This document shows positions 1 to 9,651 of a stretch of DNA of 32,000 nucleotides, piece after piece; positions within the stretch are counted from its first letter, which is position 1, and the number at the start of each line of letters is the position of its first letter. The stretch spans positions 150,001 to 182,000 of the forward strand of contig NZ_AP028907.1 of the NCBI RefSeq assembly GCF_036323395.1, given 5' to 3'. The position numbers and the translations under genes are program-made. Source of the DNA: Pyrodictium abyssi (GTDB lineage Archaea > Thermoproteota > Thermoprotei_A > Sulfolobales > Pyrodictiaceae). Below the pieces are notes generated by a model, which saw only the letters and a program-made list of their open reading frames with translations, searched no databases and was not told where the DNA came from.

Positions 1-117
1 GGTTGTCTACCTCCACACCCCCTAAGACCTTGGAGCTGTTCTGGACTATCTATGTAGCTGAATTGGGTAGTAACGCAGCGGTTTCTGTGGCCAAGCGGGC
101 ACCCCGGCACAGGGAGC

Positions 118-122
118 AAAAA
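118..122 (-). terminator. Oligo-T tract (T5 on the minus strand) downstream of the Hdr-like gene
   Basis: The plus strand reads gcAAAAAgac, so the minus strand reads GTCTTTTTGC, 18-22 nt past the TAA at 142..140. Archaeal intrinsic termination typically uses oligo-T runs. Confidence 0.35.
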
Positions 123-139
123 GACTTGTGCTATAGGGC

Positions 140-2239
140 TTAGCTCTTCTTCTCGCCTAGGCTCTCAGCGAGCAATTCGGCTATATCCTTCACCTCTACC
201 TCGTAGTCTGGGGCCTCCGCTGAGAGCATCGTGTTGCAGAACGGGCACGCTACTGCTACTACCCGTGCTCCCGTGGACACAGCCTCCTCCATGCGGACGC
301 GGCTCGGGCGCTTGCCTATCTTTATGTCGTAGAATACCCCGCCACCGCCGCCGCCGCAGCAGAAGCTCCTCCACCGGTTCCTCGGCATCTCAGCGACCTC
401 CTCTACTGCCGCTGAGAGCACCTTCCTGGGCTCCTCGTAGAGGCCGTTCCAGCGGCCAAGGTAGCAAGGATCGTGGTAAGTGGCCTTCAGCTTTAGCCTA
501 GCCTTCGGCTTCACCCTACCCTCCTCTACTAGGCGTGCTAGCAGCACTGAGTGATGGACTACATCCACCTTTACACCGTACCTCGGGTACTCGCGGCTGA
601 ACACGTTAAAGCCGTGGGGGCACGTCACTAGCAGCTGCCTGAACCGTAGGCGGGATAGTAGCTCGGTGTTCTGCTTTACGAACTCGGCGAACATCAGCTC
701 GTCGCCGATGCGGCGGGCTGGCTCGCCGCAGCACTGCTGCTCCAGGGAGACTGCTACCCTCAGCCCTGCGCTCTTTAGTACCCGGAGGAGCGCCTCTACT
801 GTGCCGCGTAGCCTAGGATCGTAGGCCGCGGCGCAGCCGACCCAGAGGAGGTAGTCGTACTCCTCGCCCTCGCGGGCCTCCTCTACGAGTCCCTGCTCTA
901 TTAGGCTGCTTAGCCACTCTTCCTTCTCTAACGGGTTAGCGCCGTAGGGGTTCCCGCTGCGCATTAGGTTGTAGCTTACCTGTAGCAGCTCGTCGGGCAC
1001 GTGCTCGCCGCGCGATACTAGGCCGCGGCGTAGGTCTAGCACAGTCTCGACGTGGTGTATAAGCACGGGGCAGTTGTATACGCACGCGCCGCAGGTGACA
1101 CAGCTCCACACTACGTCCGGCTCTACTATTAATGGTACCAGCTCCTCGTCCCACTTACCCTGCCTCATAGCCTCCCGGAGCTTTAGCACGAGATTCATCG
1201 GCGATAGTGGCCTACCGGTGGCCACTGCAGGGCACGCATTGTGGCACCGCGCGCAGCGGGTACACGCGTCGTAGTCCATCCGCTGTTTCCACGAGGTATC
1301 CATCAGTGTTACTACTCCGAAGGTTTTGCCCTCCTCGACTAGCTTCTCAACGTCCGGCACTGGCTTGAAGGCTGCTGGGTGCTCCAGCCTAGCGTAGAAT
1401 GTGTTGAAGAACCCGCTGACGATTATGTGGGCTAGCTTCGTGCCAGGTATGGTTACCAGCAGCAATACGCTGATGACGAGATGCACTACGCGCACTATGC
1501 TGTAGAGCGCGAGGAACCCGGCCGGAGTCAGGCCCTCGAGTAGCGGCGATAGAAGTCTACCGGAGACATCCCACCACGGTATCCCGGCTGGTAGGTGAGC
1601 AGTAGCGGTGGCTGCGTCCAGCACCGCGCCGGTGACCACCACTGCTGCCAGCCATAGGAGCACCAGCTTGTCCTCAGGGCGTGACGGTAGGCCCGGTGTA
1701 AGCCCAGCTGCACGCCTAGCCCCCGCGGCCACTATGCCGGCTAGCAGTAGTATTCCGCCAATGTTTACAAGCACGCGGAATACCGTGAACACGTCTCCGC
1801 TAGGATACCTCGTAGCGGGCGCGTCAAGGATGTAGATTACTCCGGCCGCTGAGAGGAGCACCGCGCCCAGGTATATCAGGAGGTGTACCGCTCCTCCACG
1901 CTTATCGCGTAGAACACGTGCCTGGAGAACACCGGCCACTACGAAGTTCCTCAGACGCGTGGCTAACGCGTCAAGGGACAGTCTTTGCCCGCCATGTGTC
2001 CATCTAGCTATGTACCTGCTGAGCCCGTACAGGAAGAGCGCTATGCCTGGAACCACTAGGAGCACGCGGAGAAGGTCGTAGTCAGCCCCGCTTATGACCG
2101 GGTAGCGGAAGGGCCCACCCGGCGTCACGTGGCAGGCAAGACAGTTACCACGCATCTCTCCGACCGTCGCTGCAGCTGCTCTCGCTGGCTGAAGCACCGT
2201 AGCCGCCGCTGCTAGGAGTAGCCACTGGGGCCGCCGCAC
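140..2239 (-). CDS. Membrane-anchored Fe-S oxidoreductase: a NarI/DsrM/HdrE-like polytopic membrane domain fused to an HdrD/DsrK/GlpC-like cytoplasmic domain
   Basis: There are two ferredoxin-type motifs, CTRCARCHNACP and CVTCGACVYNCP. There are also two CCG-type Cys-rich domains (QQCCGEP...TCPHG and DPCY...FCCGGGGG...ACPFCN). Several long hydrophobic helices with conserved His precede them. The tracked ORF runs to 2356, but that extension overlaps the upstream ORF. An in-frame GTG at 2239 would give (M)RRPQWLLLAAAATVLQPARAAAA, which looks like a signal peptide. Confidence 0.85.
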   Translation of the reverse strand: MRRPQWLLLAAAATVLQPARAAAATVGEMRGNCLACHVTPGGPFRYPVISGADYDLLRVLLVVPGIALFLYGLSRYIARWTHGGQRLSLDALATRLRNFVVAGVLQARVLRDKRGGAVHLLIYLGAVLLSAAGVIYILDAPATRYPSGDVFTVFRVLVNIGGILLLAGIVAAGARRAAGLTPGLPSRPEDKLVLLWLAAVVVTGAVLDAATATAHLPAGIPWWDVSGRLLSPLLEGLTPAGFLALYSIVRVVHLVISVLLLVTIPGTKLAHIIVSGFFNTFYARLEHPAAFKPVPDVEKLVEEGKTFGVVTLMDTSWKQRMDYDACTRCARCHNACPAVATGRPLSPMNLVLKLREAMRQGKWDEELVPLIVEPDVVWSCVTCGACVYNCPVLIHHVETVLDLRRGLVSRGEHVPDELLQVSYNLMRSGNPYGANPLEKEEWLSSLIEQGLVEEAREGEEYDYLLWVGCAAAYDPRLRGTVEALLRVLKSAGLRVAVSLEQQCCGEPARRIGDELMFAEFVKQNTELLSRLRFRQLLVTCPHGFNVFSREYPRYGVKVDVVHHSVLLARLVEEGRVKPKARLKLKATYHDPCYLGRWNGLYEEPRKVLSAAVEEVAEMPRNRWRSFCCGGGGGGVFYDIKIGKRPSRVRMEEAVSTGARVVAVACPFCNTMLSAEAPDYEVEVKDIAELLAESLGEKKS

Positions 2240-2336
2240 AGCAAGGACACCGATTTGAGCAAAAGAGAACGTCGACTGCAAAGGTGTTAAAAGGCTATCC
2301 TTGGGGCCCGATGCTGCCGGGCTACACTGCAGTACT

Positions 2337-2844
2337 CTACCCGGCGCCCAGCGCACTAATCATGCTAACGACTATGCGCTTATGGTCCTCTTCATCCCTG
2401 GCTATCGCCTCGAGGAGCGGTCCGTATACGCTTCTATACGGCTCCTGGAGCACGCTCGATAGCAGCGGCGATACAAGCTCCATAAAGTACTCAGCGTCTA
2501 TGTCGCTCTCCATGCCTGCAAGGAATCTAAGCTCTTCGACCAGCTGCGCCCTGTCCATAGCGCCGCTTCTGAGGATCTCGAGTATCTGGCGAAGCCTGTC
2601 TATAAACCGTGTCGAGGAGGAGCGCCCGCACGTAAACGAGCAGTCTCCGAATACGGCTCTACGTATATCCGTGTAGACTTTCGCATGAACATTACTCTCC
2701 GCTGCTATGTAGCTAAGTGCAGACGAAAACGGTTCATCTAAAGTACTTGTACTTAGCTAACTCTGCGTACACCCTCGCCGCGAGCTTCTCGACCTCGATA
2801 GCACACGATACAACCTCACGGAACAAGTCCTTTTCCAGCCTCAC
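2337..2844 (-). pseudogene. Rubrerythrin/ferritin-like four-helix-bundle protein, apparently interrupted by a 1-nt frameshift near 2734-2745
   Basis: Frame A runs from GTG 2844 to TGA 2736..2734 and encodes ...DLFREVVSCAIEVEKLAARVYAELAKYKYFR*. Frame B is open from 2756 to 2337 and encodes ...LSYIAAESNVHAKVYTDI...GMESDIDAEYFMEL...LLEAIARDEEDHKRIV. Skipping one nucleotide (TAC TTT a GAT GAA) joins them into a protein of about 168 aa with an E / E..H / E / ExxH helix pattern. Only the last 73 aa (2337..2558) appear in the ORF track. Confidence 0.45.
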
Positions 2845-2931
2845 TTTAGCGGCGCCTTTAGCCTGCCGAGGAGCTAGGCCTAGGGGACCGAGTATAGCCG
2901 CGTCATCTCCCTTCTCCAGGAGTTCTAGTAT

Positions 2932-3210
2932 TTAGCTAGCCGCGACACCGCCTAGCCTAGACAGCGGCGCCGCGACGAGGAGCTTTGCTGCTATATTTGC
3001 CCTACTCGCATAGAGCTCGCGGAGCAGTTTATATGCGGCAGAAGGCGACCTAACCGGGAGAACCCTATAGGGTACGCCGTAGGCCCTCTGCGAGGCCGCG
3101 TTAAGCACAACAAGGAACCCGGGGGCACGTCGTCCGAGATACTCGTTAATACTTGCAGCCAGCTCGTTTTCGTCTACACTGTGCAACCACGTGCCCTCTG
3201 ATACGGACAA
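2932..3210 (-). CDS. Hypothetical protein (92 aa, TTG start)
   Basis: The ORF has protein-like composition and no motif I recognise. A TATA-like TTAATTA sits at 3220-3228 upstream. Its TAA stop is followed in the same frame by 65 more sense codons (see findings). Confidence 0.45.
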   Translation of the reverse strand: MSVSEGTWLHSVDENELAASINEYLGRRAPGFLVVLNAASQRAYGVPYRVLPVRSPSAAYKLLRELYASRANIAAKLLVAAPLSRLGGVAAS

Positions 3211-3363
3211 ATGCCGGGCTAATTAATACGCTTACCCACATCACTGGGCATGATTAACCCATTCACCCAGCTGGCTCGCCTACATGCCGGTCAATCTGCT
3301 GCGCCGTGTACCGTGGAGCCCTTTGACGGAGGAGCTAGAGAGCCCAGAAGGGGGATAGGGCTG

Positions 3364-3451
3364 TGGCGCCGGGGGCGGGATTTGAACCCGCGCGGCCGGT
3401 GCGGCCACCGGCTCTCAAGGCCGGCCCCTTAGACCGCTCGGGCACCCCGGC
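3364..3451 (-). tRNA. tRNA-Ser (anticodon UGA), class II with long variable arm, CCA encoded, no intron
   Basis: The reverse complement reads GCCGGGGTGCCCGAGCGGTCTAAGGGGCCGGCCTTGAGAGCCGGTGGCCGCACCGGCCGCGCGGGTTCAAATCCCGCCCCCGGCGCCA. The acceptor stem is GCCGGGG/CCCCGGC. The anticodon loop is CTTGAGA. The T-arm is GCGGG-TTCAAAT-CCCGC, with discriminator G followed by CCA. Confidence 0.95.
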
Positions 3452-3610
3452 GCCCAGTGGCGTCCCCGGTCATGTCACTAGGTTTTCTTGGAGAGGGTAT
3501 TATGGCTTACAGCACCTAGAAGAGCGGAAAGAGCTCATGTATGGCAGGCGTGCAGAATGTGTGGTGCCGCGTAGAGCCAAAACAACCAGGGGTTGCAGGG
3601 TGTATCCTTG

Positions 3611-3919
3611 CTAGCGTAGCCTTATCTCTATGTATACGTCCTCGGGTACGCGGACTCTCATTATCTGCCTCATGACACGCTCGTCGGCGTCAAGTATTAC
3701 TAGGCGCTTGTGTATGCGTAGCTCCCACTTGTCCCACTTCTTGGAGCCCTCGCCATGGGGTAGCTTTAGCGTGGGCACTATGAGCCGCTTAGTGGGCAGT
3801 GGTATCGGGCCGCGGATGCGCACGCCCGACTTCTGTGCTATCTTGCGTATCTGGTCGACAACCGCGTTTAGGTTCTGTACATTCGTGCTCCAGAGCTTTA
3901 TCTCAGCACGCTGCACCAT
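3611..3919 (-). CDS. rps10: 30S ribosomal protein S10 (uS10)
   Basis: The 102-aa [16 protein letters not shown]...[12 protein letters not shown]...[37 protein letters not shown] is typical archaeal uS10. It lies downstream of tuf, as in the conserved str cluster. Confidence 0.95.
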   Translation of the reverse strand: MVQRAEIKLWSTNVQNLNAVVDQIRKIAQKSGVRIRGPIPLPTKRLIVPTLKLPHGEGSKKWDKWELRIHKRLVILDADERVMRQIMRVRVPEDVYIEIRLR

Positions 3920-4173
3920 AGCCTAGTGCCCCTAGAGCTAGGCGTGGCTACTCCGGTTTAAAGGGCTTACACCCGCCATCCTGGCTGGCAAGACTAGGTA
4001 GCTGTAAGGAGGCTAGCCTAGTAGTCCGGGATAGAGAGGAGCGTAGGGATTGCATAGAACGTGGCTATGCCCCGAGGAATGGCATAGCGATAAGCGGCGG
4101 GGATACACGCTCGGAGAATCGAGTTGGAGAGTAAAAGACTCCATGAAGGCTGTGCATGCTGTATAGGGTTCGT

Positions 4174-4178
4174 AAAAA
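4174..4178 (-). terminator. Oligo-T tract (AATTTTTAC on the minus strand) about 20 nt downstream of the tuf stop
   Basis: The plus strand reads cgtAAAAAtt at 4171-4180. The tuf stop is at 4201..4199. Confidence 0.4.
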
Positions 4179-4198
4179 TTGGGCGCTGGCAGGCGGCG

Positions 4199-5518
4199 TT
4201 ACTTCTTCTTTATCTCTACCTTGGCGGGCTTTACGTCCATTACTACGCCGATGCCTACAGTCTTGCCCATGTCTCTCATGGCGAAGCGGCCTAGCTGTGG
4301 GAACTCGCTGTACTTCTCGATCACCATCGGCTTTATCGGCTTGAACTTTACTATGGCAGCATCGCCCATCTTTAGGAACTGCGGGTTCTTCTCTACTACC
4401 TGGCCAGTCCTCGGGTCTAGCTTGGCCTGTATCTCGGTTATCCTGGCAGCTACGCTGGCGGTGTGAGCGTGTATTACTGGGCTGTAGCCCACTGTGACGG
4501 CGCTGGGGTGCCATATGATGAATATCCTCGCGGTGAACTCCTCGGCTACTGTTGGCGGTGTGTCTGGGTGGCCGGCCACGTCGCCGCGCTTGATGTCCCT
4601 CTTGGATATGCCACGGACGTTGAAGCCTATGTTGTCGCCGGGCTCAGCCTGCTGTATTGGCTGGTGGTGCATCTCAATGCTACGGACTTCGCCGACCACG
4701 CCCGGCGGCATGAAGACTACCTTGTCGCCTACCTTGAGTACGCCGGTCTCGACACGGCCCACTGGGACGGTGCCGACGCCGGGTATGGTGTAGACGTTCT
4801 GTATGGGTATCCTTAGCGGCTTGTCTACTGGCTTCTTAGGCGGCTGTATGTAGTTATCTAGAGCCTCTACCAGGGTTGGGCCGTTGTACCAGGGCATGTT
4901 GGGGCTGCGCTCGATGAGGTTCTCGCCTGTCCAGGCGGATACCGGTATGAAGGGTATCTGGTCTATCTTGTAGCCGAGGCCCTTCATGAACTTCTTGAGC
5001 ACTGCTACTATCTGCTCATACCTCTCCTTGCTGTAGTTCACGTCAGGAGCGTCCATCTTGTTCACAGCTACTATTAGCTGGTCGATACCCATCGTCTTTG
5101 CTAGGATGAGGTGCTCACGGGTCTGACCCTCAGCGCTCATGCCAGCCTCAAACTCACCCTTCCTAGCGGATACCACTAGGATGGCAGCGTCTGCCTGGCT
5201 AGCGCCAGTAATCATGTTCTTAATGAAGTCTCTGTGGCCAGGGGCGTCGATGATTGTGAAGTAGTACTTCTTTGTCTCGAACTTTACGAAGCTCAGGTCG
5301 ATTGTTACACCGCGCTCGCGCTCCTCCTTTAGCCTGTCCATTAGCCAGGCGAACTTGAACGACTCCTTACCCTTCTTCTTGGCCTCCTCCTCTAGTGTCC
5401 TCAGAGTCTTCTCGTCGACGAAGCCTAGACGGAATAGCAGGTGGCCTACTAGCGTGCTCTTACCGTGGTCTACGTGGCCGATGACTACCAGGTTTATGTG
5501 AGGCTTCTGCTGGCTCAT
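4199..5518 (-). CDS. tuf: Translation elongation factor EF-1 alpha (aEF1A)
   Basis: The ORF is 439 aa. GTPase motifs are GHVDHGKST (G1), DAPGHRDF (G3) and NKMD (G4). The length and sequence are those of archaeal EF-1alpha. Confidence 0.98.
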   Translation of the reverse strand: MSQQKPHINLVVIGHVDHGKSTLVGHLLFRLGFVDEKTLRTLEEEAKKKGKESFKFAWLMDRLKEERERGVTIDLSFVKFETKKYYFTIIDAPGHRDFIKNMITGASQADAAILVVSARKGEFEAGMSAEGQTREHLILAKTMGIDQLIVAVNKMDAPDVNYSKERYEQIVAVLKKFMKGLGYKIDQIPFIPVSAWTGENLIERSPNMPWYNGPTLVEALDNYIQPPKKPVDKPLRIPIQNVYTIPGVGTVPVGRVETGVLKVGDKVVFMPPGVVGEVRSIEMHHQPIQQAEPGDNIGFNVRGISKRDIKRGDVAGHPDTPPTVAEEFTARIFIIWHPSAVTVGYSPVIHAHTASVAARITEIQAKLDPRTGQVVEKNPQFLKMGDAAIVKFKPIKPMVIEKYSEFPQLGRFAMRDMGKTVGIGVVMDVKPAKVEIKKK

Positions 5519-5619
5519 GAGCCTTCCCCCAGTACCTTTCCTCTTTGCCGGAGAGGCTGCTTTGGGAAACGCGTCTTATAAAGGTTTAGTGAACGGTATC
5601 TACAGAGTATTACTTATCA

Positions 5620-6228
5620 CTACCTGGAGCTTAGAGCAATCCTCTCTATCTCCTCCTTCTTGCGTACAGCGAAGCTCTTCGGGTCACCCTCAGCTGCCGC
5701 TATTAGCTCGTCTGCTAGACACTCCTCTATGGGCTTAGGGTTGTTGAATGCACACATCCTAGCGCCTTCTGTTAGGTGCTTTAGCGCTACGTCGACACGG
5801 TGCTGCGGAGCCACGTCAACTGCGACGAAGTAGGTTATACCACCGTACATTATCCTTGTTACGTCCTCGCGGGGCGCCGAGTTCTCTATAGCGCGCACAA
5901 GTATCTGGAGCGGGTTCTCGCCAGTCCGCAGGTATATTATCTCGAAGGCCTGCTTTACTATGTTGTAGGCTAGATGCTTCTTACCCATGTTGCGGCCGGG
6001 GCGCATCAGCTTGTTTATCAGCCTCTCCACTATCGGGACCTCTGATTTGCCGAAACGGCGGTGCTCGTGACGACCACCAGTATGAGGCAGCCAAACCGGC
6101 TTGAGGCTTATGTAGCGCTTGAGCCCAGGATCCCTTATCTCGACGCCCTCAAAGCTCCACCTCCCGAATAGCTTGATGTTAGCCGGGTCCATGCCGACTG
6201 TGCGGGTCTCCTGCTCCACCGCAGCCAT
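5620..6228 (-). CDS. rps7: 30S ribosomal protein S7 (uS7)
   Basis: The sequence ...[26 protein letters not shown]...[18 protein letters not shown]...[17 protein letters not shown] is uS7. The tracked ORF begins at GTG 6246. I prefer ATG 6228 (MAAVEQE...), about 43 nt from the TATA-like TAAATTTAT at 6266-6276, but either start is possible. Confidence 0.93.
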   Translation of the reverse strand: MAAVEQETRTVGMDPANIKLFGRWSFEGVEIRDPGLKRYISLKPVWLPHTGGRHEHRRFGKSEVPIVERLINKLMRPGRNMGKKHLAYNIVKQAFEIIYLRTGENPLQILVRAIENSAPREDVTRIMYGGITYFVAVDVAPQHRVDVALKHLTEGARMCAFNNPKPIEECLADELIAAAEGDPKSFAVRKKEEIERIALSSR

Positions 6229-6347
6229 CCCGTGTCCCCAGTACACAGGCGCCCAGCTACCCGGATAAATTTAGGCTTGCAGCCTCCGTGGCCGCAAATT
6301 AGGAGATAAGCCCTAGTGCGCCTAGATAGAGTAATAGAGCTTAGTAT

Positions 6348-6875
6348 GTGGACACTATCTGGAGGGACTGGTACACCATGCCTCCACCCCGTTCCAGCGA
6401 TGTACTCCTAGAGGCACGCAGCGTAACAGCAATGATAATACCAAACCCGCCCCATATACCGGTTATAGTCCTCGAGCTAGAGGATGGCCGCGAGTTTACA
6501 CTCTATAACGTCCCCTTCGAGATAGTCCAGGCGCTGAATAGGCTCGAAGAGGGCGAAGACGTGCCGTCTCTAGGTAGTCAGCGGGAGACGGTCTTCGACG
6601 TCCTCACGGACCTCCGATCATTCATAGAAGAGCTGGGCAAACACCTAGAGCACGTTGTTATAGACGAGATAGACTACAGCACCTTCCTCTATACTGCAAA
6701 GGCTAGCTTCAACCTAGGGGGACTCTACATGATAAGGAGGATGGTGCCTAGCCACGCTATATTCCTTGCACGCCTCTTCCGGAAGCCCATATACGTGTCG
6801 AAGAGGCTGGTGGACGAGCAGGAAGAGTACGAAAGAGCTGCTAAGGAAGAGGGAGAAGAGGATATCCAACCTTAG
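6348..6875 (+). CDS. Bifunctional-nuclease-domain (BFN/DUF151-like) protein
   Basis: The pattern ...PVIVLELEDGREFTLYNVPFEIVQAL...HVVIDEIDYSTFLYTAKASF...MIRRMVPSHAIFLARLFRKPIYVSKRLVDE matches the BFN domain layout (beta core, then a 'SDAIALA..PI.V'-like segment). An alternative start is ATG 6378 (MPPPRSS...). Confidence 0.7.
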   Translation: MDTIWRDWYTMPPPRSSDVLLEARSVTAMIIPNPPHIPVIVLELEDGREFTLYNVPFEIVQALNRLEEGEDVPSLGSQRETVFDVLTDLRSFIEELGKHLEHVVIDEIDYSTFLYTAKASFNLGGLYMIRRMVPSHAIFLARLFRKPIYVSKRLVDEQEEYERAAKEEGEEDIQP

Positions 6876-7084
6876 CGGCTCTCTAGGAGTATTACACCGG
6901 TTCTCCAGACCAGCATTAACTGAATGCGCTGCAGGCGTAGACGGGCCTCCGCCAGCTTAGGGGGCCCTATGAGCCGCAGAGAGAGGAAGTTGATGGATGA
7001 TACGCGAGGAGGAACCTCTCCTTCAGCTAGCAGAGCTTGGGTAGAGCAGGGGACGGGGCGGCTAAACAGCGAGTCGCGTCTTAC

Positions 7085-7528
7085 TCAGCGCTGTGGCTTC
7101 TGCTTACGGCCCTCTAGTATGGCTTTCAGTGACACGCCATTCACTGTGACTACGCGGTAGCGCACGCCTGGGATGTCACCCATTGAGCGGCCGCGTGGAC
7201 CACCTATACCCTCTATGAGTACCTCGTCGTGCTCGTCTACTACTAGGAGGCCGCCGTCGCCTGGCACGAATGCTGTTACTACACGGCCGTTCTTGATTAG
7301 CTGGACACGTACACACTTACGCACGGCGGAGTTTGGCTGACGAGCCTCTACGCCAACCTTCTCCAGCACTATGCCGCGCGCCATGGGCGCTCCTTCTAGG
7401 GGGTCGTACTTCCTCTTGAGGCCTAGCATGCGTATCTTGAACTCGCGCTCGCTCCAGCGGAACTTGAGCCTCTTGCGGCGCAGCTTACGCGCCGCGAATA
7501 GACCGTTGGGTGACTTCTTGCCGGTCAC
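7085..7528 (-). CDS. rps12: 30S ribosomal protein S12 (uS12)
   Basis: The sequence ...[22 protein letters not shown]...[33 protein letters not shown]...[11 protein letters not shown] is uS12. The tracked ORF starts at GTG 7540. However, the SD-like GGAGGGTG ends 9 nt before GTG 7528, which gives a 147-aa product of typical length. Confidence 0.95.
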   Translation of the reverse strand: MTGKKSPNGLFAARKLRRKRLKFRWSEREFKIRMLGLKRKYDPLEGAPMARGIVLEKVGVEARQPNSAVRKCVRVQLIKNGRVVTAFVPGDGGLLVVDEHDEVLIEGIGGPRGRSMGDIPGVRYRVVTVNGVSLKAILEGRKQKPQR

Positions 7529-7589
7529 GGCTCCGTGCACCCTCCTCTAGGCCGACTCCCATCTACTAGGGCGATGGTGTCTGAGGGGG

Positions 7590-8021
7590 TTATCTTATTT
7601 TTATCTCGTCTATGTCATAGTAACGCTTCAGCACCATACGCGCTACTGATACCTTGCGGCCTCCCTTGCCTATAGCACGGCCCTTGTCGCTGGGGTCCAC
7701 TGTCACGTAGAGTATTTTCCTCCCGTTACGCTGGGCTACGCGTACGCTTAGTATCCTGGCTGGCGCGAATAGGTTCTTCACGAGGCTCTCTAGGTCGTCG
7801 GCGAACTCTACTACCTCTATCTCCTTGCCTAGAAGCTTGCGTAGTCTGTTTATGTTGGCGCCGCGCCTGCCTATAGCCTTGCCCGCGTCGCCGGGGCGTA
7901 CTAGGAATATCACGCGGTTGTTCTCGTTATCCACTATGCAGTCGCGGGCTATAGCGCCCGTGAGGTCCTGGAGGAGCGCCATGTAGCGCATTTCCTCGGC
8001 TGTTAGCCTTATATCCACCAA
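7590..8021 (-). CDS. nusA: Archaeal NusA-like KH-domain transcription termination/antitermination factor
   Basis: The ORF is 143 aa with two KH-like GxxG segments (AGKAIGRRGANI and KGRAIGKGGRKV). It sits in the conserved position between rpl30e and rps12. Confidence 0.9.
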   Translation of the reverse strand: MVDIRLTAEEMRYMALLQDLTGAIARDCIVDNENNRVIFLVRPGDAGKAIGRRGANINRLRKLLGKEIEVVEFADDLESLVKNLFAPARILSVRVAQRNGRKILYVTVDPSDKGRAIGKGGRKVSVARMVLKRYYDIDEIKIR

Positions 8022-8041
8022 GGTGCTCCACTACACCTCCG

Positions 8042-8379
8042 TTACTGCTGTGTCTTGCTTCTGGCTGCCTCGATTAGGTCGAGAATACGGGAGCTGCCCG
8101 GGTCGAGTATCGCTAGACTTGCTACTGTAAATGGCTTACCGCAGACGGCTCCTAGCTCTACGCTGGTGCCCGGGTAAACGTAGGCGGGTATGCCGCTGAG
8201 CTCAGCATAGTAGAGTATGTCGCTACGCAGCTCCGGCGGCGCGTTAGCAGCCACGATGACGGCCTTGGCTTTCCCTGTCTTCACGTAGCGTAGTGCCTTC
8301 CTCGAGCCGAGTATCACCTTACCCGTCTTGAGGGCGTTTACTAGCTCCTTTTCGATATCCGTTACCTGGACCGCACTCA

Positions 8380-8380
<1 letters not shown>
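8042..8380 (-). CDS. rpl30e: 50S ribosomal protein L30e (eL30)
   Basis: The 112-aa ORF ...[58 protein letters not shown] is the L7Ae/L30e fold. The GTG start has GGGGTGAGG 5 nt upstream and overlaps the rpoA2 stop by 1 nt. Confidence 0.93.

Positions 8381-9651
<1,271 letters not shown>

Noticed and set aside
1-143. A plus-strand frame open from the window edge to TAG 141-143 (...KTLELFWTIYVAELGSNAAVSVAKRAPRHREQKDLCYRA*), possibly the 3' end of a convergent gene
   Set aside because: Only 47 codons are visible, no motif is recognisable and no start is in view. It cannot be told apart from a chance open frame. The A5/T5 tract at 118-122 would lie inside it.
2240-2356. N-terminal extension of the Hdr-like ORF (tracked start GTG 2356, MRWAPGRVLQCSPAASGPKDS...)
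   Set aside because: The extension overlaps the 3' end of the upstream ferritin-like ORF (2337..2558) and is compositionally unlike protein. The in-frame GTG at 2239 yields a clean signal-peptide-like N-terminus.
3363-3614. ORFs overlapping tRNA genes (3363..3614, 23774..24155, 24059..24244, 25089..25442, 25751..25972)
   Set aside because: Their open frames are produced by the GC-rich tRNA and intron sequences (Gly/Pro/Arg-rich translations). The tRNA assignments explain these regions.
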